From Mycolicibacterium smegmatis (GTDB lineage: Bacteria > Actinomycetota > Actinomycetes > Mycobacteriales > Mycobacteriaceae): a stretch of 32,000 nt of DNA. Made by a program: the position numbers and the translations under genes. Shown here in pieces: positions 16,548 through 23,680 of this stretch (position 1 is the first letter of the stretch; each line of letters starts with the position of its first letter). The stretch covers positions 600,001 through 632,000 of the forward strand of contig NZ_LN831039.1 of the NCBI RefSeq assembly GCF_001457595.1. Direction: 5' to 3'. A model generated the notes under the pieces. That model was given only the letters and a program-made list of their open reading frames with translations, had not been told where the DNA came from and made no database searches.

Positions 16548-17071
16548 ACGGGCTGGTCGGGTCGCGACGGCTGGCGAGCCCGGTTCGTCTGACCCTGGCC
16601 AAGAGACTGGGGCGCGATATCGACGGGGCCTGGTGGCCTCGCAGCGCGTCGGTCGCCAAGGAACTGCCTGAGCTCGTCGAGGTGCTGCAACGCCCGCTCG
16701 GCGAGATCGTCGACATCAACATCAACTGGTCACCGGGCGAGGGTCAGTTGGACCTCAACACCATCGCCGCGGGCAGCCGGACTCAGGCCGCCTTCAAGCC
16801 GACGCGTCCGCGGGTGATGTCGGTGGCCGGCCGTGCGGAGTGCGTGAAACTCCTCGTCGTTCCCCACATGACGTCCGAAGCTCTCGGTGGCATCGTCATG
16901 CGTTGTGCGGCAGGAATGTTGATCGAGAGCACCGTGCGCAGCACCCCGCTGTACGACACTGCCGTGCGCATCATGGGTGCCGCCCAACAGGAGTCGGCGC
17001 GATGGCTGGGACGCCGTGCTGAAGGCGCGGGGGTTCCGACCGCCAGTGTGGAGTCGCCTGCCGGGGCGTGA
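16544..17071 (+). CDS. DUF5994 family protein (175 aa)
   Basis: The core RLTLAKRLGRDIDGAWWPRSASVAKELPELVEVL...VDININWS...LLVVPHMTSE is characteristic of the actinobacterial DUF5994 family. GC3 drops upstream of 16544, so the ORF-track start at 16376 is rejected in favour of GTG 16544. Confidence 0.72.
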   Translation: MNGLVGSRRLASPVRLTLAKRLGRDIDGAWWPRSASVAKELPELVEVLQRPLGEIVDININWSPGEGQLDLNTIAAGSRTQAAFKPTRPRVMSVAGRAECVKLLVVPHMTSEALGGIVMRCAAGMLIESTVRSTPLYDTAVRIMGAAQQESARWLGRRAEGAGVPTASVESPAGA

Positions 17072-17095
17072 TCCGGTAGCACAAACAGAAATGGA

Positions 17096-17119
17096 CTGGT
17101 ACGGAAAATTCCGTACCAG
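17096..17119 (-). terminator. intrinsic terminator hairpin downstream of cspA (possibly bidirectional)
   Basis: Perfect 9-bp stem CTGGTACGG / CCGTACCAG with loop AAAATT. On the minus strand it is followed by the T-rich TCCATTTCTGTTTGTG. It sits between the convergent DUF5994 and cspA genes. Confidence 0.6.
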
Positions 17120-17143
17120 CCCACTGTTACGTCTGGGGGTCGA

Positions 17144-17347
17144 TCAGACCGCGGTAACGCCAACTGCCTGGGGGCCCTTGGCACCCTGCGTGATCTCGAA
17201 CTCGACGCGCTGATTCTCCTCGAGCGAGCGGAAACCGCTGCCGCTGATCTCGGAGTAGTGGACGAAGACGTCCGGAGCGCCGCCATCAGGGGCGATGAAG
17301 CCGAAGCCCTTTTCGCCGTTGAACCATTTCACAGTTCCCTGTGCCAT
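17144..17347 (-). CDS. cspA: cold-shock protein CspA (67 aa)
   Basis: [32 protein letters not shown] contains the RNP1 (KGFGFI) and RNP2 (VFVHY) motifs. The start is taken at the conserved MAQGTVKWF rather than the upstream ATG of the ORF track. Confidence 0.95.
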   Translation of the reverse strand: MAQGTVKWFNGEKGFGFIAPDGGAPDVFVHYSEISGSGFRSLEENQRVEFEITQGAKGPQAVGVTAV

Positions 17348-17367
17348 ATGTTTACTTCTCTCATTCA

Positions 17368-17393
17368 ATCCGGACGAACCAAAAACGCCGGAT
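17368..17393 (-). promoter_or_regulatory. stem-loop in the probable cspA 5' leader
   Basis: ATCCGG (17368..17373) pairs with CCGGAT (17388..17393) across a 14-nt loop. It lies 21 nt upstream of the cspA ATG within a 117-bp relatively AT-rich intergenic region. Confidence 0.3.
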
Positions 17394-17464
17394 CGCCCAC
17401 CCTAGCACATCTCTGGGCAGGAAATGAAAATTATTGAGCCAGTTTGCCTTTCCTATCCCATGCA

Positions 17465-18529
17465 CTAAGGTGTCGGCACCACGCCCCGCGGCAGGATCAG
17501 CGGCAGGTCGTTGTAGGTGACGATGCCGGGGGGCGCGGCCACCACTGCGGGGATCGCATTGAGCGGAGGCGTGGCGGTCATGATGTGGCCGAGCACCATG
17601 AATTCTTCGAGTGTGGTGGCCTCGAAATCGGGCGGCGGGAGGAAGCCGACCTTCATGGTGACCGTCGGCCTGCCTGCCACCTCGATGACCCAACCGTCCT
17701 GATCGATCTTCCAATCCGGTTGCAGCGTCTGGCCTTTGCGCCAGCGGACGTTGATCTCGACACGGGTATGGCCGGCGACGATGCCCTTCCAGCTCGCATA
17801 CACGCCCGCCACGCAGCCCGCCGGGATGGTCCACGAGCCCAGGTCGAGATCCTCTGTGGTCTGGGCGTATTCGGCATCGCAGCGTACTTCGTCGAGTTCG
17901 ATGCCGAGGGCGTCGGCGACCATCCGCACAGCCTCGCCGAACACGCCCGTGCCGTGCGCGGTCATCGCCTGCAGGTCGGGGTGATCGATGGGTTGGCCGA
18001 AGCTGACGGGTTTCTCGGTGGCGGGGGAGTCGTAGAACGTGGTGTCGGCGGCCTCGTTGACGGTGATCTTGTCGACGCGGTCGCAGATCCCCGCGGCGAC
18101 CACCGACAACTGGTTGACGTAGCCGGGGCTGATGCCCGAGCCGAACATCGACGACCCGCCCCGTGCGCAGGCCTCGGCGATCCGGTCACGGCCGGTGCCC
18201 TGGTTGTGCCCGGTGATGAACGACGCCGTCGCGACCACGTTCACGCCGGACTCGAGGATGCGCACCAGTTCGTCGACGTTGATCCACATGGGGTTGTACA
18301 CGACCACGTCGGGCTTGAGCGCCAGCAGGGCATCGACGTCGTCGGTCGCGCTCACCCCGAGCGGCTCGATTCCGCACAATTCGCCGACGTCCTTGCCCAC
18401 CTTGTCCCCTGACCAGGCATAACAGCCCACCAGCTCCAGGGTCGGGTTCTTGGCGATCGCGGCCACCGAACTCTTGCCCACGTTGCCGGTGGTCCATTGG
18501 ACGACCCGGTAGCGAGTGGTGTCAGGCAC
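17465..18529 (-). CDS. NAD(P)-binding oxidoreductase, dihydrodipicolinate-reductase-like / amine dehydrogenase-like family (354 aa)
   Basis: N-terminal Rossmann block YRVVQWTTGNVGKSSVAAIAKNPTLELVGCYAWS, as in DapB-N-domain proteins. GTG start with a GGGAG SD 9 nt upstream. Confidence 0.75.
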   Translation of the reverse strand: MPDTTRYRVVQWTTGNVGKSSVAAIAKNPTLELVGCYAWSGDKVGKDVGELCGIEPLGVSATDDVDALLALKPDVVVYNPMWINVDELVRILESGVNVVATASFITGHNQGTGRDRIAEACARGGSSMFGSGISPGYVNQLSVVAAGICDRVDKITVNEAADTTFYDSPATEKPVSFGQPIDHPDLQAMTAHGTGVFGEAVRMVADALGIELDEVRCDAEYAQTTEDLDLGSWTIPAGCVAGVYASWKGIVAGHTRVEINVRWRKGQTLQPDWKIDQDGWVIEVAGRPTVTMKVGFLPPPDFEATTLEEFMVLGHIMTATPPLNAIPAVVAAPPGIVTYNDLPLILPRGVVPTP

Positions 18530-18574
18530 TTGTCGGACTCCCTTCGTCGGGCGCTTCGTCGCGGCCGCACGGAT

Positions 18575-18592
18575 TTTTCACGAGCGTGAGAA
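18575..18592. promoter_or_regulatory. candidate TetR operator (imperfect palindrome)
   Basis: TTtTCACG-ag-CGTGAgAA, with core TCACG/CGTGA at 18578..18589. It lies in the 136-bp divergent region between the oxidoreductase and TetR genes. Confidence 0.35.
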
Positions 18593-18630
18593 AAGTAACA
18601 CGCGATGTCAATGCCCGGACCGGATCACAG

Positions 18631-18658
18631 TTGCCGGTCGTCGTGGGTGTCCTACTGT
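18631..18658 (+). promoter_or_regulatory. candidate promoter giving a leaderless TetR mRNA
   Basis: TTGCCG (18631..18636), N16, TACTGT (18653..18658), N7, then GTG 18666. No SD. Confidence 0.35.
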
Positions 18659-18665
18659 TGGCGAC

Positions 18666-19346
18666 GTGACGGCCGGGCGAGCAGAAGACGGTGCACGCCG
18701 GCGGCGTCGCGGCAGGCCGCGTCGCATCGATCGCGATCAGATCGTCGCAGCCGCGCGGCAGATCGCCCCCGAGTCGCTCACCATGCAGGCCGTGGCCGAT
18801 GCGCTCGGCGTCGACCGCACGGCGCTGCACTACTACGTCGGCGATCGTGACGGCCTTCTCGAACTCGTCGTGGCCGATCTGTTCGACACCGAACTGGGCG
18901 CCATCGATCTGCCCGCCGACGCGGCCTGGCAGGACGTCCTGCGGGCCTATGCCAACGCGATTCACCAAGGCGTGCTCAAATACGGCGCGACCCGCATGAA
19001 CTTCCGGATCAGCGGTGTCGGTGGCGCGGCGAGCCTGGGCTTGACCGAGCGCGTGCTGGCCACGCTCACCGCCGTCGGGTTCGGCATCGACGACGCCGGA
19101 CGGATCCTCACGCTGGTGTCCGGGTTGGCGATGTCGGCGGCCCATGACGTGCTGGGTGCCGCCGATTCGCGCTTGCACCACCAGATGCCCGAGGTGGCCC
19201 GTGCCCTGCAGGACTTCGACGCCGACCACTTTCCACTGCTCGGCGCAGTCGTCGCGCGTCGCACCGAGGCGAGCGCGACCGACCTGGACTTCAACCTCGG
19301 CATCGTCGTCGCCGGTCTCGAACGCATCTTGGAGCGTGGCGACTAG
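18666..19346 (+). CDS. TetR family transcriptional regulator (226 aa)
   Basis: HTH block LTMQAVADALGVDRTALHYYVGDRDGLLE. The start is taken at GTG 18666; the upstream part of the ORF-track ORF overlaps the divergent gene and looks non-coding. Confidence 0.85.
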   Translation: MTAGRAEDGARRRRRGRPRRIDRDQIVAAARQIAPESLTMQAVADALGVDRTALHYYVGDRDGLLELVVADLFDTELGAIDLPADAAWQDVLRAYANAIHQGVLKYGATRMNFRISGVGGAASLGLTERVLATLTAVGFGIDDAGRILTLVSGLAMSAAHDVLGAADSRLHHQMPEVARALQDFDADHFPLLGAVVARRTEASATDLDFNLGIVVAGLERILERGD

Positions 19347-19393
19347 TTCGTCCTGTCGCGTGCCCGTGCCGCTCCGTACAGCAAGATGACGGC

Positions 19394-20149
19394 ATGGCAC
19401 TCATACCCATGCCGCATGTGGACGTCGCCGACGAGCAGGTCGCTGCCGTGCTGAGCCGGGCGGTCGGACCGATCGGCCTGATCCTCGACGCGATCGCCGA
19501 CCTGGACCCGCTGGGGCTGCGGCGCCGGACGCACTACCTCGGCGAGGGCGACGGCGTCGTCGGCACCGTGCTCGACCGGATCGCCTGCGTGCTCGACTGC
19601 GCCGACATCCCGGGCACCAGGTCGTGGGAGGGCAAGGACCGTGCCGAGCGGATCGGCTGGTGGGTGCACCGGGTCGGCGCGCTGGACACCGTCATCGTGG
19701 CGTTCCCGGGGGTGTTCGGGGTGGTCGCCGATCGGCTACCGCTGCAGGACCTGCTCGGGTTCACCAACCAGGCTCTCGTGCTGTGTGCGGTCGCCCGCGA
19801 GTGCGGTGTGACAGACCATGACACGCAGGTCCGGATGCTCGCGGCGGTGCTGTGCGGCCGCGACCTGACCCAGACGCCGCGGGCGCAGACCGAGGACGAA
19901 CCGGCCGACATGTCGCTCGTGCAGCGGGTGTGGCATCTGGCCGGGATACTCAACGCGATCGGCGACGAGCTGGACAGGCGGCCGCATCCCCGCGCGCCGT
20001 TCCGCTACCTGGGCATGCTTCCGTGGATCGGTGCGGTGGCCGACTATCTCGGCGAGTACGGGGCGTTGGTGCGGGCCGCCGATGCCGGGCAGAAGTGGAT
20101 CGCGCAGCACGGCGCGCCAGCCGACGACCGGGCGCCGCTACGCGTGTGA
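19394..20149 (+). CDS. hypothetical protein (251 aa), function unknown
   Basis: High GC3 throughout with non-repetitive composition, and a hydrophobic central segment (VGALDTVIVAFPGVFGVVADRL). I recognise no motif. The start is uncertain (ATG 19394 or ATG 19409). Confidence 0.6.
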   Translation: MALIPMPHVDVADEQVAAVLSRAVGPIGLILDAIADLDPLGLRRRTHYLGEGDGVVGTVLDRIACVLDCADIPGTRSWEGKDRAERIGWWVHRVGALDTVIVAFPGVFGVVADRLPLQDLLGFTNQALVLCAVARECGVTDHDTQVRMLAAVLCGRDLTQTPRAQTEDEPADMSLVQRVWHLAGILNAIGDELDRRPHPRAPFRYLGMLPWIGAVADYLGEYGALVRAADAGQKWIAQHGAPADDRAPLRV

Positions 20150-21124
20150 CGCGTCCTTGTCGTCTTTCTTCGCGTCCTTCTTCGCGTCCTTCTTGCCGAA
20201 CGGCAACAGATGCATCACGAGGACGACGATCGCGCCCACGACCAGTCCGATTACCGCGGAGATGCCGGTGTTGACCAGCCAGGCGAGCACCGCGCCGGCA
20301 CCCGGCACCGCGTGGTGCACGGCTTCCTCGAGGTGGTGGACGACACCGTAGGGCGAGTGCCAGCCGAGCGTGTCGGTGCCGACCAGCAGGATGTGACCGC
20401 CCACCCACAGCATCGCCACGGTGCCGATCGTGGCCAGCGCCGACAGCAGCTTGGGCATGCCCGCGACGAGGCCGCGGCCGATCTTGCGTGCGATGCGCGA
20501 ACTGCGCTGCGCGAGGTGCAGGCCGATGTCGTCCATCTTCACGATCGCCGCGACCACGCCGTACACGCCCGCGGTGATCACGAACGCCACCACCACCAGG
20601 ATCGCCAGCCGCGGGAGGAAGGCCTCGCTCGCCACCTCGTTGAGCGCGATCACCATGATCTCGGCCGACAGGATGAGGTCGGTGCGAATCGCGCCGGACA
20701 CCACGGATTTCTCGGCGTCGGCGCCGGTCACCGCGCTCGGCGTGGCATGCGGGTCGTGGCCGTGGTGACCGGGGAACCAGCCCCACACCTTTTCGGCGCC
20801 CTCGTAGCAGAGGTAGGTGGCGCCCACCATCAGGATCGGCGTCAGCAGCACGGGGACGAACTGGCTGAGCAGCAAAATCGCCGGGAGGATGAACACGATC
20901 TTGTTGCGGATCGACCCGATTGCGATCTTCTTGATGATCGGCAACTCACGCTCGGCGGTGATGCCGTGCACGTACTGCGGTGTCACCGCGGTGTCGTCGA
21001 TGACCACACCGGCCGCTTTCGCGGTCGCGCGTCCGGCCGCCGCGCCGATGTCGTCGACCGAGGCCGCGGCGAGGCGCGCGAGTGCGGCCACGTCGTCGAG
21101 AAGGCCGAACAGACCGGCGCTCAT
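20138..21124 (-). CDS. DUF808 (YedI-like) inner membrane protein (328 aa)
   Basis: The N-terminus MSAGLFGLLDDVAALARLAAASVDDIGAAAGRATAKAAGVVIDDTAVTPQYV is typical of DUF808, followed by multiple TM segments. Lys/Asp-rich C-terminal tail. Confidence 0.82.
   Translation of the reverse strand: MSAGLFGLLDDVAALARLAAASVDDIGAAAGRATAKAAGVVIDDTAVTPQYVHGITAERELPIIKKIAIGSIRNKIVFILPAILLLSQFVPVLLTPILMVGATYLCYEGAEKVWGWFPGHHGHDPHATPSAVTGADAEKSVVSGAIRTDLILSAEIMVIALNEVASEAFLPRLAILVVVAFVITAGVYGVVAAIVKMDDIGLHLAQRSSRIARKIGRGLVAGMPKLLSALATIGTVAMLWVGGHILLVGTDTLGWHSPYGVVHHLEEAVHHAVPGAGAVLAWLVNTGISAVIGLVVGAIVVLVMHLLPFGKKDAKKDAKKDDKDASHA
20150..20194. repeat. 12-nt tandem repeat encoding the (KKDA)n tail of DUF808
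   Basis: CGCGTCCTTCTT occurs twice perfectly (20171..20182 and 20183..20194), preceded by degenerate copies from 20150. It translates on the minus strand to KKDAKKDAKKDDKD. Confidence 0.8.
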
Positions 21125-21158
21125 CGCGTCATCCCCATGGTGGGAAGGCTACCGGCGT

Positions 21159-22571
21159 TCACATGCCGATGAAGGACTCGATCCACCCGCGCGCGAAGTA
21201 CAGCACGAATCCGAGCGCCACGACCCACAGCAAAGGACTGATCTCGCGGAACTTCCCGGCCGCGGACCGCAGCACCACCCACGCCACGAAGCCGACGCCG
21301 ATGCCGTTGGCAATCGAGTAGCTGAACGCCATGGTCGCCACCGTGAGGACGACCGGCAGGGCCACGGAGAACTCGGAGAGGTCGATGTGGCGCAGATGCG
21401 ACACCATCATGGCGCCGACGACCACGAGCGCGGCCGCGGCCACCTCGGTCGGCACGACCGACGCCAGCGGCGCCACGAACATCGCCGCCAGGAACAGCAC
21501 ACCCGTGATCAGGTTGGCCAGGCCCGTGCGGGCGCCTTCCTCGATGCCCGCACCGGATTCGATGAAGACCGTGTTCGACGATGCCGACGAGGCGCCGCCG
21601 ACGACGGCGCCGGTGCCCTCGACGATCAGCGCCGATTTCAACCGGGGGAACGTGCCCTGCGGGTCGGACAGGCCGGCCTCGCGGGACAGACCCGTCATGG
21701 TGCCCATGGCATCGAAGAAGTTGGCGAAGACCAGGGTGAACACCAGCATGATGGCCGCCAGCGCGCCGATGCGGCTGAAGCTGCCGAGGCTCACCTCGCC
21801 CACCAGTGACAGATCGGGCATGGCGAACGGAGAACCCGACAGCGACGGCACCGAAAGTCCCCAGCCGCCGGGCTTTTCGACGGCCGAGCCGAGGTGCCAG
21901 ATCGCCTCGATCACGACGGCGACGACGGTGCCTGCCACGAGCCCGATCAGGATGCCGCCGCGTACGCGGCGCGCGACAAGGATCCCGGTGACCAGCAGCG
22001 TGAACACGAACACGACGGTCGGCACGGTGTTGATGGAGCCCTCGCCGCCCGCGCCCAGTCCCACCGGCGGCGACGGCAGGCCCGTCGAACCGATGAAGCC
22101 CGCGTCGACCACACCGATGAACAGGATGAACAACCCGATGCCCGCGGTGATCGCGAGCTTGAGCTGCATGGGGACGGCGTCGAAGACCAGGCGTCGCAGC
22201 CCGGTCGCGGCCAGCAGCACGATGATCAGACCGTTGATGACCACCAGGCCCATCGCCTCGGGCCACGTGACGGAGCCGACGACGGTGGTGGCGAGGAACG
22301 AGTTGATGCCGAGGCCCGCGGCGAACGCGAACGGCAATCGCGCGACGAGGCCGAACAGAATCGTCATGACGCCCGCGGCCAGCGACGTGACCGCCGACAC
22401 CTGAGCGAACTCCAGATTGTTGCCGTCCACGTCGGGCGCACTGGAGAGGATGACCGGGTTCAGCACGATGATGTACGCCATCGCGATGAACGTGACGACA
22501 CCACCGCGGATCTCAGCGGTGAGGGTCGACCCGCGCGCCGTGATGTCGAAGAAGCGATCGAGGCGATTCAT
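21159..22571 (-). CDS. NCS2 family purine permease (AzgA/PbuG-like adenine/guanine/hypoxanthine; 470 aa)
   Basis: MNRLDRFFDITARGSTLTAEIRGGVVTFIAMAYIIVLNP is the hallmark N-terminus of AzgA-type permeases, followed by about 13 TM segments. The start is taken at ATG 22571; the ORF-track extension to 22655 overlaps the upstream gene. Confidence 0.9.
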   Translation of the reverse strand: MNRLDRFFDITARGSTLTAEIRGGVVTFIAMAYIIVLNPVILSSAPDVDGNNLEFAQVSAVTSLAAGVMTILFGLVARLPFAFAAGLGINSFLATTVVGSVTWPEAMGLVVINGLIIVLLAATGLRRLVFDAVPMQLKLAITAGIGLFILFIGVVDAGFIGSTGLPSPPVGLGAGGEGSINTVPTVVFVFTLLVTGILVARRVRGGILIGLVAGTVVAVVIEAIWHLGSAVEKPGGWGLSVPSLSGSPFAMPDLSLVGEVSLGSFSRIGALAAIMLVFTLVFANFFDAMGTMTGLSREAGLSDPQGTFPRLKSALIVEGTGAVVGGASSASSNTVFIESGAGIEEGARTGLANLITGVLFLAAMFVAPLASVVPTEVAAAALVVVGAMMVSHLRHIDLSEFSVALPVVLTVATMAFSYSIANGIGVGFVAWVVLRSAAGKFREISPLLWVVALGFVLYFARGWIESFIGM

Positions 22572-22582
22572 AAGTGATGACC

Positions 22583-23680
22583 CTATGGGTGCGGGCCGTC
22601 CTGTGTGCGGAGTGTGCGGTAGAAGTTGACGTGTGTCTTCGCGGCCTGCGTCCACGTCATGGCTGCGGCGAGCGTCCGGCCGGGCGCGGGGTCGGCCGGT
22701 TCTTCCAGCGCCGCAGTCATTTCCCGGGCGAATCCGGCCGGATCGGCCGCGAAGCCGACGGTGTCGCCGAACACCTCGCGCAGCACGGGAAGATCGCGCG
22801 TCACCACTGGGCGCCCGGCCGCCAGCGCCTCCATCGCGGCCAGCCCGAAACCTTCCTTGGTCGAAGGAAACGCGAACACGTCACAACCTGCCACGAGGCC
22901 GGGCAGTTCGTCGTCGGCGACCGCGCCCAGAATCACCGGTTCCACGCCCAGTTCCGTGCAGCGTCGCTCGAACGCGCTGCGGTAGTCGCGGTAGTCGAAC
23001 AACGTCTCGCCGCCGCCGATTACGAGCGACACCTCCGGGTGCCGTTGCCGCAGCATGGCATAGGCCTCGACCAGATCGAGGGTGCCCTTGCGCGGTTCGA
23101 TTCCGCCCACCGTCAGCACATAGGAGCCCAACTCGTCGCGCCAGCGCCGGATCCCGGCCTCCTGGGCCGCGGCGGCGCTGAACCGTTGCGCGTCAACACC
23201 GTTCGGGATGACGACCGGGTCGAACCCCCACCCGGCGCGCACCTCGGCGGCGACCGCCGCGGACACACAGATCCGGGCGTAGGGTTCTGCGATGGCCTTC
23301 TCGTGGCATTCCGCGAGCACCGGAGTCTTGAACTGGTCGAGGTGGTGGATGGTGCGGATGCACGGACCGACCGCGTTGGCGCTGATGCAGTCCTGCGCGT
23401 GGACGATGTCGTAATCGGCCGGGGTGAAGGCGTCGCGCAGGGTCTCGATGGACCGCAGGATCCGGTCGGTGACCGTATCGCCGGGATGGTCGACGAATTC
23501 GACGAGACGGACCGTGACGGCGGGATTGATCTCACGGAAGAAACCGCGGTCGCCGCTGCGTGCCAGAGACCACACGGTCACGTCGACGCCCAGGCGTGCC
23601 ATCGCCTCGGCGAGGTACAGCGTGTGCACCACACCGCCGCGAGGCTTGGTGGAATAGGTCAGCAACGCCACCCGCATCAT
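22583..23680 (-). CDS. GT4-type glycosyltransferase, MSMEG_0565-family-like (365 aa)
   Basis: MMRVALLTYSTKPRGGVVHTLYLAEAM... and the E-x7-E block EGFGLAAMEALAAGRPVV. GGAGG SD, and ATGA overlap with the upstream gene. ORF-track residues upstream of 23680 are a shadow extension. Confidence 0.88.
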   Translation of the reverse strand: MMRVALLTYSTKPRGGVVHTLYLAEAMARLGVDVTVWSLARSGDRGFFREINPAVTVRLVEFVDHPGDTVTDRILRSIETLRDAFTPADYDIVHAQDCISANAVGPCIRTIHHLDQFKTPVLAECHEKAIAEPYARICVSAAVAAEVRAGWGFDPVVIPNGVDAQRFSAAAAQEAGIRRWRDELGSYVLTVGGIEPRKGTLDLVEAYAMLRQRHPEVSLVIGGGETLFDYRDYRSAFERRCTELGVEPVILGAVADDELPGLVAGCDVFAFPSTKEGFGLAAMEALAAGRPVVTRDLPVLREVFGDTVGFAADPAGFAREMTAALEEPADPAPGRTLAAAMTWTQAAKTHVNFYRTLRTQDGPHP

